This document shows positions 48,436 to 57,359 of a stretch of DNA of 64,000 nucleotides, piece by piece. The notes beneath the pieces were generated by a model. It saw only the letters and a list, made by a program, of their open reading frames with translations. It made no database searches and had not been told where the DNA came from. Positions within the stretch are counted from its first letter, which is position 1, and the number at the start of each line of letters is the position of its first letter. A program made the position numbers and the translations under genes. The stretch lies in NCBI GenBank assembly GCA_964488585.1, contig CAZAWQ010000095.1, positions 531 to 64,530 on the forward strand, read 5' to 3'. The DNA is from an uncultured Roseivirgaceae bacterium. GTDB lineage: Bacteria > Bacteroidota > Bacteroidia > Cytophagales > Cyclobacteriaceae.

Positions 48436-49884
48436 ATGAGAACGAACTTCGGTCAATTATTAGTATTAGGTTTGATCTGTTTATTGTGTTCCACGGGGTT
48501 GTGGGGTCAGAACATTAAGGTCAATATAGGAGCTGATGAAATTGCCGCCAACGAGGCATTCACCATAACTGTAGTGGTGGAAAATGATCCGCTAAAGAAC
48601 CTAAGCGGATTCCCTGAAATAGAAGGTATGGTCAAACGAGGAACCTCCTCCTCCACTTCCACACAATTCATCAATGGACAGGTATCTTCCACTCAAAGCC
48701 TAACTCAAAATTATGTAGCTCAACGACAGGGTACATTTAGACTTCCTACTTTTACTATTACTGTTAATGGTCAAAATATAAATGTACCCGGCAAGACCAT
48801 CACTGTGGGACCTCCTAAGCAAAGTAGAAGACAAGTCGACCCATTTGCGAATGATCCCTGGGAGGAGTTATTCGGTAACAGGAGAGGCAATGAAGAATTT
48901 ATGGATGTTAAAGCGGATGCTTTCTTCGCCCTGACAACAGATAAATCGGAAGTGTACGTGGGTGAAGGGTTTAATATCAGTCTGGCTTTTTATGTTTCAG
49001 AACAAAACCGGGCTGATTTAGAGTTCTATGACACCAGCAAGCAGTTGACGGATATTCTTAAACGCCTCAGGCCTTCCAATTGCTGGGAGGAAAACTTTAA
49101 TGTAGAAAACATTAAAAGGGAACAAGTAACTATTAAGAATAAGCGGTATCAGAAGTACCTGATGTATCAGGCTACATTTTTTCCTTTAAACAGCGAACCG
49201 GTAGAGTTTCCTCAGGTTGGTTTGAAACTCATAAAATACAAAATGGCCAAAAATCCCGCCTTCTTTGGCCCCTCCCGACTAGAGGATTTTAAAACATTCT
49301 ATTCACAACCTAAAGCGGTAACCATTAAGGAGCTACCTGAGCACCCTTTAAAGGACAAAGTAGCCGTGGGTGACTATCAACTGGTTGAGCAAATAAGTGA
49401 TGAGCAGTTGAGCACCGGAGAAAGTTTCAGCTATAACTTTAAGATCAAAGGAAAAGGAAACATTAGTGCCATAGGAAGTTTAGAATTGCCAGAAACCGAT
49501 AAGTTCGACCTATATCCTCCCAGTATTCAAACAACCATTCACAGACGGAATGGGGCAGTCACTGGAAGCCATTCGTTTGGATATTATGCCATTCCCAATG
49601 AACCCGGGGTGTATGATCTTGGTGATTATTTCAACTGGACTTATTTTGACCTCAGTTCTGAACAGTACCAAACACTGAAATCAAACATTTCTATTCAAGT
49701 AAGTGGTGAGAGCAAGAAAAATGAAACCATCCTGGCCACCGATCTTGGAAACTTTTATGATATCATTGATCTGCAAGAAAATAAACTCACAAATCGCAAT
49801 CAATATGAATATTTAAAGATCTTTGCTAACATATTTATTTTAGTTATGTTAGTACTCATGGCGATCTTTATCTTCAGAAAATAA
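48436..49884 (+). CDS. BatD-family protein (oxygen-tolerance family), orphan
   Basis: Signal peptide, repeated beta-rich modules ([16 protein letters not shown]...[12 protein letters not shown]...PGKTITV) and a single C-terminal TM anchor, as in BatD. ATG at 48436 preferred. Confidence 0.65.
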   Translation: MRTNFGQLLVLGLICLLCSTGLWGQNIKVNIGADEIAANEAFTITVVVENDPLKNLSGFPEIEGMVKRGTSSSTSTQFINGQVSSTQSLTQNYVAQRQGTFRLPTFTITVNGQNINVPGKTITVGPPKQSRRQVDPFANDPWEELFGNRRGNEEFMDVKADAFFALTTDKSEVYVGEGFNISLAFYVSEQNRADLEFYDTSKQLTDILKRLRPSNCWEENFNVENIKREQVTIKNKRYQKYLMYQATFFPLNSEPVEFPQVGLKLIKYKMAKNPAFFGPSRLEDFKTFYSQPKAVTIKELPEHPLKDKVAVGDYQLVEQISDEQLSTGESFSYNFKIKGKGNISAIGSLELPETDKFDLYPPSIQTTIHRRNGAVTGSHSFGYYAIPNEPGVYDLGDYFNWTYFDLSSEQYQTLKSNISIQVSGESKKNETILATDLGNFYDIIDLQENKLTNRNQYEYLKIFANIFILVMLVLMAIFIFRK

Positions 49885-49888
49885 ATTC

Positions 49889-50965
49889 ATGGGTAATTCC
49901 TTTGGAAAACTATTCCGGATCACAACTTTTGGCGAATCCCATGGGCCAGGTATTGGTGTAGTTCTGGACGGTTGCCCAGCAGGTTTATCTATTGATTCAG
50001 AGAGCATACAATATCAACTGGATCGCAGGAAACCAGGACAATCAAAGATTACCAGTCAGCGTGGTGAGCCAGATGAATTTCAATTTCTTTCAGGAGTATT
50101 TGAGGGTAAATCCACGGGAACACCGCTAACTATGTTCATATGGAACAAGGACGCACGAAGTAAAGATTACAGCCATATTGCAAAAAAATTCAGACCCTCA
50201 CATGCTGATTTTACTTATCAAGAGAAGTATGGAATCAGAGATTACCGTGGCGGCGGCAGAAGCAGTGCCCGTGAAACTGCTGCCAGGGTTGCTGCAGGAG
50301 CCATAGCTATGCAAATGTTGTCAGAATATGGAATTGAGATACAATCTTATGTTTCACAGGTCGGAGAAATAACACTCGATGTTCCCTATCAGCAGCTGGA
50401 CCTCAAGAAAATTGATGACAACATTGTCAGATGCCCACATACCGAAACAGCTCAAAACATGATTGATCTTATTGAAGCTACCCGCAAATCCGGAGACTCA
50501 ATTGGAGGTGTTGTTACCGGTGTATTAACTGGCGTTCCGGTCGGCCTGGGCGAGCCTGTTTTTGACAAACTTCATGCCCAACTTGGAAATGCCATGCTGG
50601 GGATCAATGCGGTAAAAGGATTTGAGTACGGCAGTGGCTTTGAAGGAGTTAAAATGAGGGGGTCAGAACACAACGACCGGTTTGAGAAACAAGGTGACAA
50701 GGTAATTACTCGAACTAATTACTCTGGTGGCATCCAGGGAGGAATATCTAACGGTCAGGACATTTACTTTAACGTGGCATTCAAACCGGTAGCCACTATT
50801 ATGAAAGATCAGGACAGCGTGGATCAAAGTGGGCAACCTACTGTGATAAAAGGGAAAGGTCGTCATGACCCTTGCGTGGTTCCCCGGGCGGTGCCCATCG
50901 TTGATGCTATGGCCGCGTTGGTGCTTATGGACAGCGTATTACTAAACAAGTCAGTCAAACTGTAA
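49889..50965 (+). CDS. aroC: Chorismate synthase
   Basis: FGESHG...G.V.DG.P, RRKPGQS, RPSHAD.TY..KYG and [10 protein letters not shown] are canonical AroC motifs. Confidence 0.97.
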   Translation: MGNSFGKLFRITTFGESHGPGIGVVLDGCPAGLSIDSESIQYQLDRRKPGQSKITSQRGEPDEFQFLSGVFEGKSTGTPLTMFIWNKDARSKDYSHIAKKFRPSHADFTYQEKYGIRDYRGGGRSSARETAARVAAGAIAMQMLSEYGIEIQSYVSQVGEITLDVPYQQLDLKKIDDNIVRCPHTETAQNMIDLIEATRKSGDSIGGVVTGVLTGVPVGLGEPVFDKLHAQLGNAMLGINAVKGFEYGSGFEGVKMRGSEHNDRFEKQGDKVITRTNYSGGIQGGISNGQDIYFNVAFKPVATIMKDQDSVDQSGQPTVIKGKGRHDPCVVPRAVPIVDAMAALVLMDSVLLNKSVKL

Positions 50966-50966
50966 T

Positions 50967-52325
50967 ATGAAAAAGCTGGCCTTACATTGGAAGATTTTAA
51001 TTGGCATGGCTGTTGGAATAGCCCTTGGATTAGCGGCTATTATTGGAGGATTTGTAGACCTGGTTCAAGATTGGGTTAAACCGTTTGGGACTATTTTTAT
51101 TAACCTGCTGAAATTGATCGCAGTACCCCTCATTCTTGTTTCACTAATTGATGGAATATCAAACCTCACCGATCTTTCGAAATTGAACCGTATTGGCGGC
51201 AAAACCATAGGCTTTTACCTTTTTTCTACGGTATTGGCAATTAGCATCGGTTTATTACTGGTAAATATGGTTGAGCCTGGTAATTTTTTACCAGAAGAAA
51301 CCAGGGAAGAATTACGGATGAAATATGCCAGTGATGCCAATTTGAAAATGGAAACAGCTTCATCTGTGAAAGAAAGCGGCCCACTGAAAGTCCTGGTAGA
51401 CATAGTTCCCGATAACATTTTTGGTGCCTTTAGCAGTAACCAAAATATGCTACAGGTAATATTATTTGCTTTTCTATTCGGAATTGCCATGGTGATGACT
51501 CCCCAAGCAAAAGTACTGCCTGTAAAACAATTCTTCAACGGTGTCAACAGCGTGATCTTGAAAATCGTGAATCTGGTTATGAGAACTGCCCCACTGGGGG
51601 TATTGGCATTGCTTGCCGGGTTGATCGTTGACATCGCCGGAGATGATCCAGCCAGTGCAATTGACCTGTTCAAAGCACTTGGGGTATATACACTTACTGT
51701 ACTGGTTGGTCTGGCAATAATGATATTTGTTTTCTATCCCGCGGTACTTACTGCTTTTACTCCAATAAAATATCGTGCTTTTTTCAAAGGTATTTTCCCT
51801 GCTCAAATGTTGGCCTTTTCAACCAGCTCAAGTGCCGCGACCCTTCCAGTGACCATGGAACGAGTGGAACATAACCTGGGCGTTTCGGAGGAGGTCAGTA
51901 GTTTTGTATTACCATTGGGAGCCACCATCAACATGGATGGTACCAGCATTCACCAGGCAGTTTCGGCAGTTTTTATTGCCCAGGCATTTGGACATGATCT
52001 AACCATGATGGATCAACTTGCTATTGTGTTAACTGCCACCCTGGCCTCCATAGGAGCTGCCGCAGTTCCAGGTGCCGGTCTGATTATGCTGGTAATTGTA
52101 TTGGGTGCCATAGGTGTAGACCCCGAAGGGTTAGCCTTAATTATAGCGGTTGATCGCCCGATAGATATGTGCCGTACCATTGTTAATATTACCGGTGACG
52201 CAACCGTGGCCTCTCTGGTAGCTAGTACAGAAGGTGAAAAGATAGGAGTAGTGAATCCGGATCAACTGGTTAAAGAGACTAAACTTAAAGAACAATCCCG
52301 AGACGAGAACTATCCAATCAACTAA
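50967..52325 (+). CDS. Dicarboxylate/amino acid:cation symporter (DAACS family)
   Basis: 452 aa, polytopic, with SSSAATLP and NMDGT.....AVF.AQ motifs typical of GltP/GltT-type transporters. Confidence 0.9.
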   Translation: MKKLALHWKILIGMAVGIALGLAAIIGGFVDLVQDWVKPFGTIFINLLKLIAVPLILVSLIDGISNLTDLSKLNRIGGKTIGFYLFSTVLAISIGLLLVNMVEPGNFLPEETREELRMKYASDANLKMETASSVKESGPLKVLVDIVPDNIFGAFSSNQNMLQVILFAFLFGIAMVMTPQAKVLPVKQFFNGVNSVILKIVNLVMRTAPLGVLALLAGLIVDIAGDDPASAIDLFKALGVYTLTVLVGLAIMIFVFYPAVLTAFTPIKYRAFFKGIFPAQMLAFSTSSSAATLPVTMERVEHNLGVSEEVSSFVLPLGATINMDGTSIHQAVSAVFIAQAFGHDLTMMDQLAIVLTATLASIGAAAVPGAGLIMLVIVLGAIGVDPEGLALIIAVDRPIDMCRTIVNITGDATVASLVASTEGEKIGVVNPDQLVKETKLKEQSRDENYPIN

Positions 52326-52372
52326 AGAAAACTTATTGGTTCTATTATTCGTTTATCATATAGATTAAAAGC

Positions 52373-52978
52373 ATGGCGATGGAAACGTACAATCGTGACG
52401 AAATGTATAAAAGGACGGTAACCCTCTATATGGAGGCAAACCCGAATCCAAATTCTCTAAAATTTGTGGCCAACTATATGTTGGTAGAAGAGGGGACTAG
52501 TTACGACTACCCTGATCTTGAAAGTGCCAGGGAGGCTCCCCTGGCTTTGGAGCTTTTCAAGCTCGATTATGTAGAGCGTGTATTTTATATGAGCAACTTC
52601 GTTACCGTGACCAAAAATCCAGACATTGAGTGGATGGAAATACAGGATGAGATCCGGCAGTTCATTACCCGTTATCTTCAAGAAGAAAAGCCTCTATTGA
52701 ATGCTGACAAAGAAGCTTCAGATGAGTCTAAAGATATCGACTCAACCAGCCTTGAAAGTAAGATTAAGAATGTTTTGGACGAATATGTTAGACCTGCCGT
52801 AGAAATGGATGGTGGGGCCATTCAATTTCATTCATTTGAGAATGGAGTGGTGAAATTATTGTTGCAAGGTGCCTGCAGTGGCTGTCCGTCTTCAACAATA
52901 ACCTTAAAATCAGGAATAGAGAATTTGTTAAAGAGGATGGTGCCGGAAGTAAAAGAAGTTCTTGCCGAAGGTGTATAA
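52373..52978 (+). CDS. Nfu/NifU-like Fe-S cluster protein (Nfu_N plus NifU C-domain)
   Basis: The N-terminal domain has PNPNSLKF, and the C-terminal domain has RPAVEMDGG and the GACSGCPSS CxxC motif. Confidence 0.85.
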   Translation: MAMETYNRDEMYKRTVTLYMEANPNPNSLKFVANYMLVEEGTSYDYPDLESAREAPLALELFKLDYVERVFYMSNFVTVTKNPDIEWMEIQDEIRQFITRYLQEEKPLLNADKEASDESKDIDSTSLESKIKNVLDEYVRPAVEMDGGAIQFHSFENGVVKLLLQGACSGCPSSTITLKSGIENLLKRMVPEVKEVLAEGV

Positions 52979-53194
52979 CTAACCTTCTTCGTCTGATTTA
53001 TCCATTTTTCTTGCCGTCCAGGATGCCAGAATAGATCCGGTAATTACCAGTACATAACCCGGGATATCTAGATTTAGCGGACTGTTGAGTTCTAAAGCAT
53101 CCATTTCCCTTAATATTTCCACTACGACCAGTACTGTACCGATAAAAGCAACACCTACCGCTGTGTTATGTAACCCTTGATACTTCAAGATCAA
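52979..53194 (-). CDS. Possible small membrane protein
   Basis: 71 aa with two hydrophobic helices. Only a TTG start is available. Uncertain. Confidence 0.3.
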   Translation of the reverse strand: MILKYQGLHNTAVGVAFIGTVLVVVEILREMDALELNSPLNLDIPGYVLVITGSILASWTARKMDKSDEEG

Positions 53195-53240
53195 ATAAAA
53201 AAGTGTACTAAAGCTAAAAGTGCATTAAAGTTAATAAAAA

Positions 53241-53287
53241 TTTCGCATTTCGCATTTCGCATTTCTCATTTCTAATTCATAATTGTT
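53241..53287 (+). repeat. Degenerate heptamer tandem (GCATTTC)x3 merging into interspersed repeat copy 3
   Basis: TTTCGCATTTCGCATTTCGCATTTCTCATTTCTAATTCATAATTG. Its last 24 nt match 38764-38787 at 23 of 24 positions. Confidence 0.65.
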
Positions 53288-53339
53288 CTGCACATTTTCG
53301 TAATTTCACCTCTTTCTATGAAAAAATAAGGTGTTGGCT

Positions 53340-54077
53340 ATGGAATCTTTAATATCAATAGACGGCCTAATCAGCTTTTCCTCATTAGTTCTGATGGAAA
53401 TTGTACTGGGTGTTGATAATATTATTTTTATTTCAATTTTAACCGGACGTCTTCCCGCACATCAACAGGAAAAGGCCAGATTTGTGGGAATAAGCCTGGC
53501 CTTACTGATCCGGATTGCACTACTGTTTTTAATCACCTGGTTAATCGGGCTGAATAAAGTCCTTTTTTCAATTTTTGAATTGGAGATAACCGGTAGAGAC
53601 ATGATCCTTATTGCTGGTGGACTGTTCCTTATTTATAAGAGTACTACGGAAGTACATCAAAAGCTAGAGGGTCAGGAGGAATCGGATGAAAGCAAAGGAA
53701 CCTTGACTTTTAGAGCTGCCATAGTACAAATTATTTTACTGGACATCGTGTTCTCATTTGATTCCATACTTACCGCCATTGGGTTGGTTCAGAACGTAAT
53801 TATTATGGTGCTGGCGGTAATCATCGCAATGATTGTGATGCTTCTTTCAGCCAATAAGATCAGTGATTTCATTCATAAACATCCCACTGTTAAGATGCTG
53901 GCGTTGTCCTTTTTATTATTGATTGGAATATTACTGCTGGTAGAAGGGTTCCACGTCCATATACCCAGAGGGTATGTGTATTTTGCCATATTCTTTAGCC
54001 TGCTGGTGGAGCTTCTAAACATTAAGGTAAGAAAGCGCACAAAACCAGTACATCTAAAGCAGAAAATAAAAAAGTGA
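53340..54077 (+). CDS. TerC-family integral membrane protein
   Basis: LVLMEIVLGVDNIIFIS and LLDIVFSFDSILTA are the duplicated TerC motifs. ATG at 53340 preferred over GTG at 53331. Confidence 0.85.
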   Translation: MESLISIDGLISFSSLVLMEIVLGVDNIIFISILTGRLPAHQQEKARFVGISLALLIRIALLFLITWLIGLNKVLFSIFELEITGRDMILIAGGLFLIYKSTTEVHQKLEGQEESDESKGTLTFRAAIVQIILLDIVFSFDSILTAIGLVQNVIIMVLAVIIAMIVMLLSANKISDFIHKHPTVKMLALSFLLLIGILLLVEGFHVHIPRGYVYFAIFFSLLVELLNIKVRKRTKPVHLKQKIKK

Positions 54078-55070
54078 TCAGATTTCCATTGCAAATTTAA
54101 ATTGCGATGGAATTTCATTCAATATATCAAGCACTTCATTTTCGCCATCGGCCTCTACCAATTTCCTTCGGATTGATTTAAAATTGGGTATTCCTTTAAA
54201 GTAATTGGTGTAATGACGGCGCATTTCATATATACCTTGTTTGGGTCCTTTCCACTCCAATGAAAACAGCAGGTGCTTTTTAATTGTTTCTATTCTTTCA
54301 TCGATCCGGGGTGGAGGTAGCTTTTCTCCGGTTTTTAATAAATGCTTTATCTCCCGAAAAATCCAGGGATATCCGATGGCGACCCTACCCAACATCATGC
54401 CATCAACCCGATATTTTTCTTTATAGGTTTTGGCTTTTTCTGGTGAATCTATATCGCCATTACCAAATATTGGGATATTTATGTCCGGGTGATTTTTAAC
54501 CTCAGCAATAAAATCCCAATTGGCCACCCCTTTATACATTTGTTTGCGAGTCCTTCCATGTATGGTTAATGCCTGAATACCCACATCCTGTAGCCTCTTA
54601 GCTACTTCCAGTATCCTAATAGTATTATCATCCCAGCCCAGCCGGGTCTTTACAGTCACTGGTAAATGAACGCTATCAACAATCTCTTTGGTCATTGACT
54701 GCATTTTAGGCAAATCCAAAAGTATACCAGCACCGGCACCACGGCAAGCAACTTTTTTTACCGGACAGCCAAAATTTATATCAATAAGTTCCGGCTCTGC
54801 AGCGGCAGCAATAGCCGCAGCCTCTCTCATGGATTCGATTTTTTCCCCAAAGATCTGTATGCCTATAGGGCGCTCATAATCATAAATATCAAGTTTTTGA
54901 ACACTTTTGTACGCATCTCGGATCAAGCCCTCAGCTGAAATAAACTCTGTGTACATTACGTCAGCGCCATATTCTTTGCAAACGGCCCTGAATGGAGGGT
55001 CACTAACATCTTCCATCGGCGCCAACAACAGCGGGAACTCCCCTACCTCTAAGTATCCTATTTTTACCAA
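54078..55070 (-). CDS. dusB: tRNA dihydrouridine synthase
   Basis: LAPMEDVSD..FR, INFGCP..KV and HGRTR motifs of the Dus family. TTG start. Confidence 0.92.
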   Translation of the reverse strand: MVKIGYLEVGEFPLLLAPMEDVSDPPFRAVCKEYGADVMYTEFISAEGLIRDAYKSVQKLDIYDYERPIGIQIFGEKIESMREAAAIAAAAEPELIDINFGCPVKKVACRGAGAGILLDLPKMQSMTKEIVDSVHLPVTVKTRLGWDDNTIRILEVAKRLQDVGIQALTIHGRTRKQMYKGVANWDFIAEVKNHPDINIPIFGNGDIDSPEKAKTYKEKYRVDGMMLGRVAIGYPWIFREIKHLLKTGEKLPPPRIDERIETIKKHLLFSLEWKGPKQGIYEMRRHYTNYFKGIPNFKSIRRKLVEADGENEVLDILNEIPSQFKFAMEI

Positions 55071-55108
55071 TTTTTATATTTACTAGTTTCCTGTAAATTT
55101 AGGCTAAT

Positions 55109-56254
55109 ATGAGAAAAATTGGAAATGACCGGTTATTATTTGGTAACAGGAAACCTTGGTTGTCACTGATTTCTCTGATGTTGATTGCCTTTGGCGGACT
55201 CATAATTGGACAGTTTGTGGCAATTCTGATAGTCACTAAGGTTTATAACCTAAGTATATTTCAGGTTATGGAAATGGTGACAAACATTTCTGATTACCCG
55301 GAATATAAAGTAGCTATTTTCCTTCTTCAGGGTTTATCCGCGGTCTTCGGCTTTATATTGGCTCCCTGGTTTTATTTAAGGTTCATCGAAAAAAAACGTC
55401 TTAGGGCACTGAGCCCCAACGCACAGATAGAACTGCTGCCGGTAATATTGGCATTATTGATAAGTATTGTGTTTATGGCGGTGAATTTCAAGTTTGCTGA
55501 GTGGAATGCACAAATGGTTTTTCCGGAATTCTTGAAAGATGTTGAAACCTGGATGAGACTGCAGGAGGACAAATTAGAGGAAGCTACTTATTTTCTTACC
55601 ACCATCAACAATCCCAAAGAACTAGTACTGGCAATGTTGGTAATTGCCATTATTCCAGCAATCGGTGAAGAACTGCTATTCCGTGGCTTGATCCAAAATC
55701 AGTTGCTGAGTTGGTTCAGAAATACCCATTGGGCGGTTTGGATAACGGCAATCATATTTAGTGCCATTCATATCCAATTCTATGGTTTCGTCCCAAGAAT
55801 GTTACTGGGAGTGCTCTTTGGATATATGTACGTTTGGTCTGGCAATCTGCTATACCCTATGTTGGCACACTTTGCCAACAACGGATTTCAGATAGTAATG
55901 CTTTATCTATACAGCAATAGACTTACAGACTTCGATATGGAAAATGCCGACACTGTTCCATGGACGGTTTTTTTCACTTCTGCCTTGATCTCTACTTTAT
56001 TATTTATTTTCTTTAAACGCCATTTTTCTAAGGTCCCTAGCGAAAGCCTAGATTGGCAGAAAGTTTTCGCAACTGATCAGATCCATCGGGCAGAAATAGT
56101 GAAATCTGTGCTGACTGACCACCAGATGAATCCAGTACTAATCAACAAAAAGGATTCTTCTTACCATAATTTTGGTGAGATAGAAATCCATGTGACCGCA
56201 GAATACCTTCAAAAGGCACTTCATATTATCGAAAACGACATCAACTTTGAGTAA
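55109..56254 (+). CDS. CPBP-family intramembrane glutamic endopeptidase fused to a C-terminal DUF2007-like domain
   Basis: EELLFRG, FSAIH and HFANN are the three CPBP/CAAX-protease motifs. The last ~65 aa (VFATDQIHRAEIVKSVLTDHQMNPVLINKKD...IEIHV) resemble the small DUF2007 domain. Confidence 0.8.
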   Translation: MRKIGNDRLLFGNRKPWLSLISLMLIAFGGLIIGQFVAILIVTKVYNLSIFQVMEMVTNISDYPEYKVAIFLLQGLSAVFGFILAPWFYLRFIEKKRLRALSPNAQIELLPVILALLISIVFMAVNFKFAEWNAQMVFPEFLKDVETWMRLQEDKLEEATYFLTTINNPKELVLAMLVIAIIPAIGEELLFRGLIQNQLLSWFRNTHWAVWITAIIFSAIHIQFYGFVPRMLLGVLFGYMYVWSGNLLYPMLAHFANNGFQIVMLYLYSNRLTDFDMENADTVPWTVFFTSALISTLLFIFFKRHFSKVPSESLDWQKVFATDQIHRAEIVKSVLTDHQMNPVLINKKDSSYHNFGEIEIHVTAEYLQKALHIIENDINFE

Positions 56255-57071
56255 ATACCCCAATATCCATACAAGGATTCTCACAGCAACATTTGGCGCT
56301 GCCATCATTGTCATGAGCATTTTATATGGCCCTTGGAGTTATTTCGGAGTTTTTCTGATAATCGCGGTTCTCACTCAGTGGGAGTTTTATAGAATTATAG
56401 AAACCCCAGACTCACGTCCGTTAAAAATATGGGGTACTCTTATGGGTCTATTTTTGGTTAGCCTCTGTTTTCTATCCATTAATGGAAATTTGAGCTTTGA
56501 TTGGTTGATGATTCTTATTCCATTGGGAATGACCACTTTTGTTATCAAACTATTCCAAAAGCATGAAACAAATCCTTTTTTGGGTACTGCATATACCTGG
56601 TTAGGAATTATTTATATCGCACTCCCATTTAGTATGTTGCACTACATCGGTTATGCTCATGGCTCATACAATTTTCAATTGGTACTGGGATGCCTCCTAT
56701 TACATTGGGCCCATGACGTTGGTGCATATTTCGTGGGTGTGCGTTTCGGACGGACCAAGTTGTTTGCGCGCTTATCGCCTAACAAATCCTGGGAAGGCAG
56801 CGCTGGGGGTGCATTGCTGACATTGTTGGTAGTGTTCATTGGATCATTTTGGGCCGATGCCCTGAAACTATGGGAGTGGTTAACCATAGGTGTCCTGGTG
56901 ATAGTTGCGGGTACTTTGGGGGATCTGGTAGAATCGCAGTTAAAAAGAAGCCTGGAAATAAAGGACTCGGGCAATAGTATTCCTGGTCATGGTGGCTTTT
57001 TAGACAGATTCGATGGCCTGCTCATCTCAACTCCTTTTATAGCAGCATTTTTAAAGTTTATAGTTTCTTAA
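56247..57071 (+). CDS. cdsA: Phosphatidate cytidylyltransferase
   Basis: The C-terminal signature SQLKRS..IKDSG..IPGHGG.LDRFD is canonical for CdsA. The TTG start overlaps the upstream gene by 8 nt. Confidence 0.9.
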   Translation: MSKYPNIHTRILTATFGAAIIVMSILYGPWSYFGVFLIIAVLTQWEFYRIIETPDSRPLKIWGTLMGLFLVSLCFLSINGNLSFDWLMILIPLGMTTFVIKLFQKHETNPFLGTAYTWLGIIYIALPFSMLHYIGYAHGSYNFQLVLGCLLLHWAHDVGAYFVGVRFGRTKLFARLSPNKSWEGSAGGALLTLLVVFIGSFWADALKLWEWLTIGVLVIVAGTLGDLVESQLKRSLEIKDSGNSIPGHGGFLDRFDGLLISTPFIAAFLKFIVS

Positions 57072-57248
57072 ACCCAGAATTGTCATTAGATTTTGTAGCG
57101 AGGCTTCCAAGTTGCTGTTAGTCAGGTGCTAACGCAGCTTTTTGGCACGGAGACATAGTAAGATTATGGTGAGTACCAAAAAGTGAGTACGTGCCTGAAT
57201 GATAGTAAATTAGAAGCCACAGTAAATTTCTAGTGACAATTTTGGGTT
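57071..57248 (+). other. ~178-nt imperfect hairpin element (structured RNA or MITE-like)
   Basis: A 19-bp terminal stem (57071-57089 with 57230-57248, two G-U pairs), continued imperfect pairing inward, and an inner stem CTTTTTGGCAC/GTACCAAAAAG (57138-57148 with 57172-57182). The apical loop is about 23 nt. There is no ORF and no U-tract. Confidence 0.6.
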
Positions 57249-57359
57249 AAATTGTTGCATTAGTTATTATCTACCGGTTCATAAAAATGGGTGGTCATTT
57301 GAAGAAACTATTTAGTCAAAATAGTTACATTGCAAGCATCATAAACAACCTATTTAACT

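Noticed and set aside
51215-51673. 152-aa antisense ORF inside the DAACS symporter gene. Similar antisense or overlapping ORFs include 42695-43093, 33118-33462, 3401-3757, 18832-19268 and 1926-2252.
   Set aside because: They lie entirely within strongly supported genes on the opposite strand or in another frame. Their composition is low-complexity or Cys/Trp/Arg-rich, and they carry no recognisable motifs. These are typical shadow ORFs.
53195-53339. Looked for a yybP-ykoY (manganese) riboswitch upstream of the TerC-family gene.
   Set aside because: No conserved four-helix/GGGGAGUAG-type core is visible. The region is occupied by the AT-rich heptamer repeat instead.
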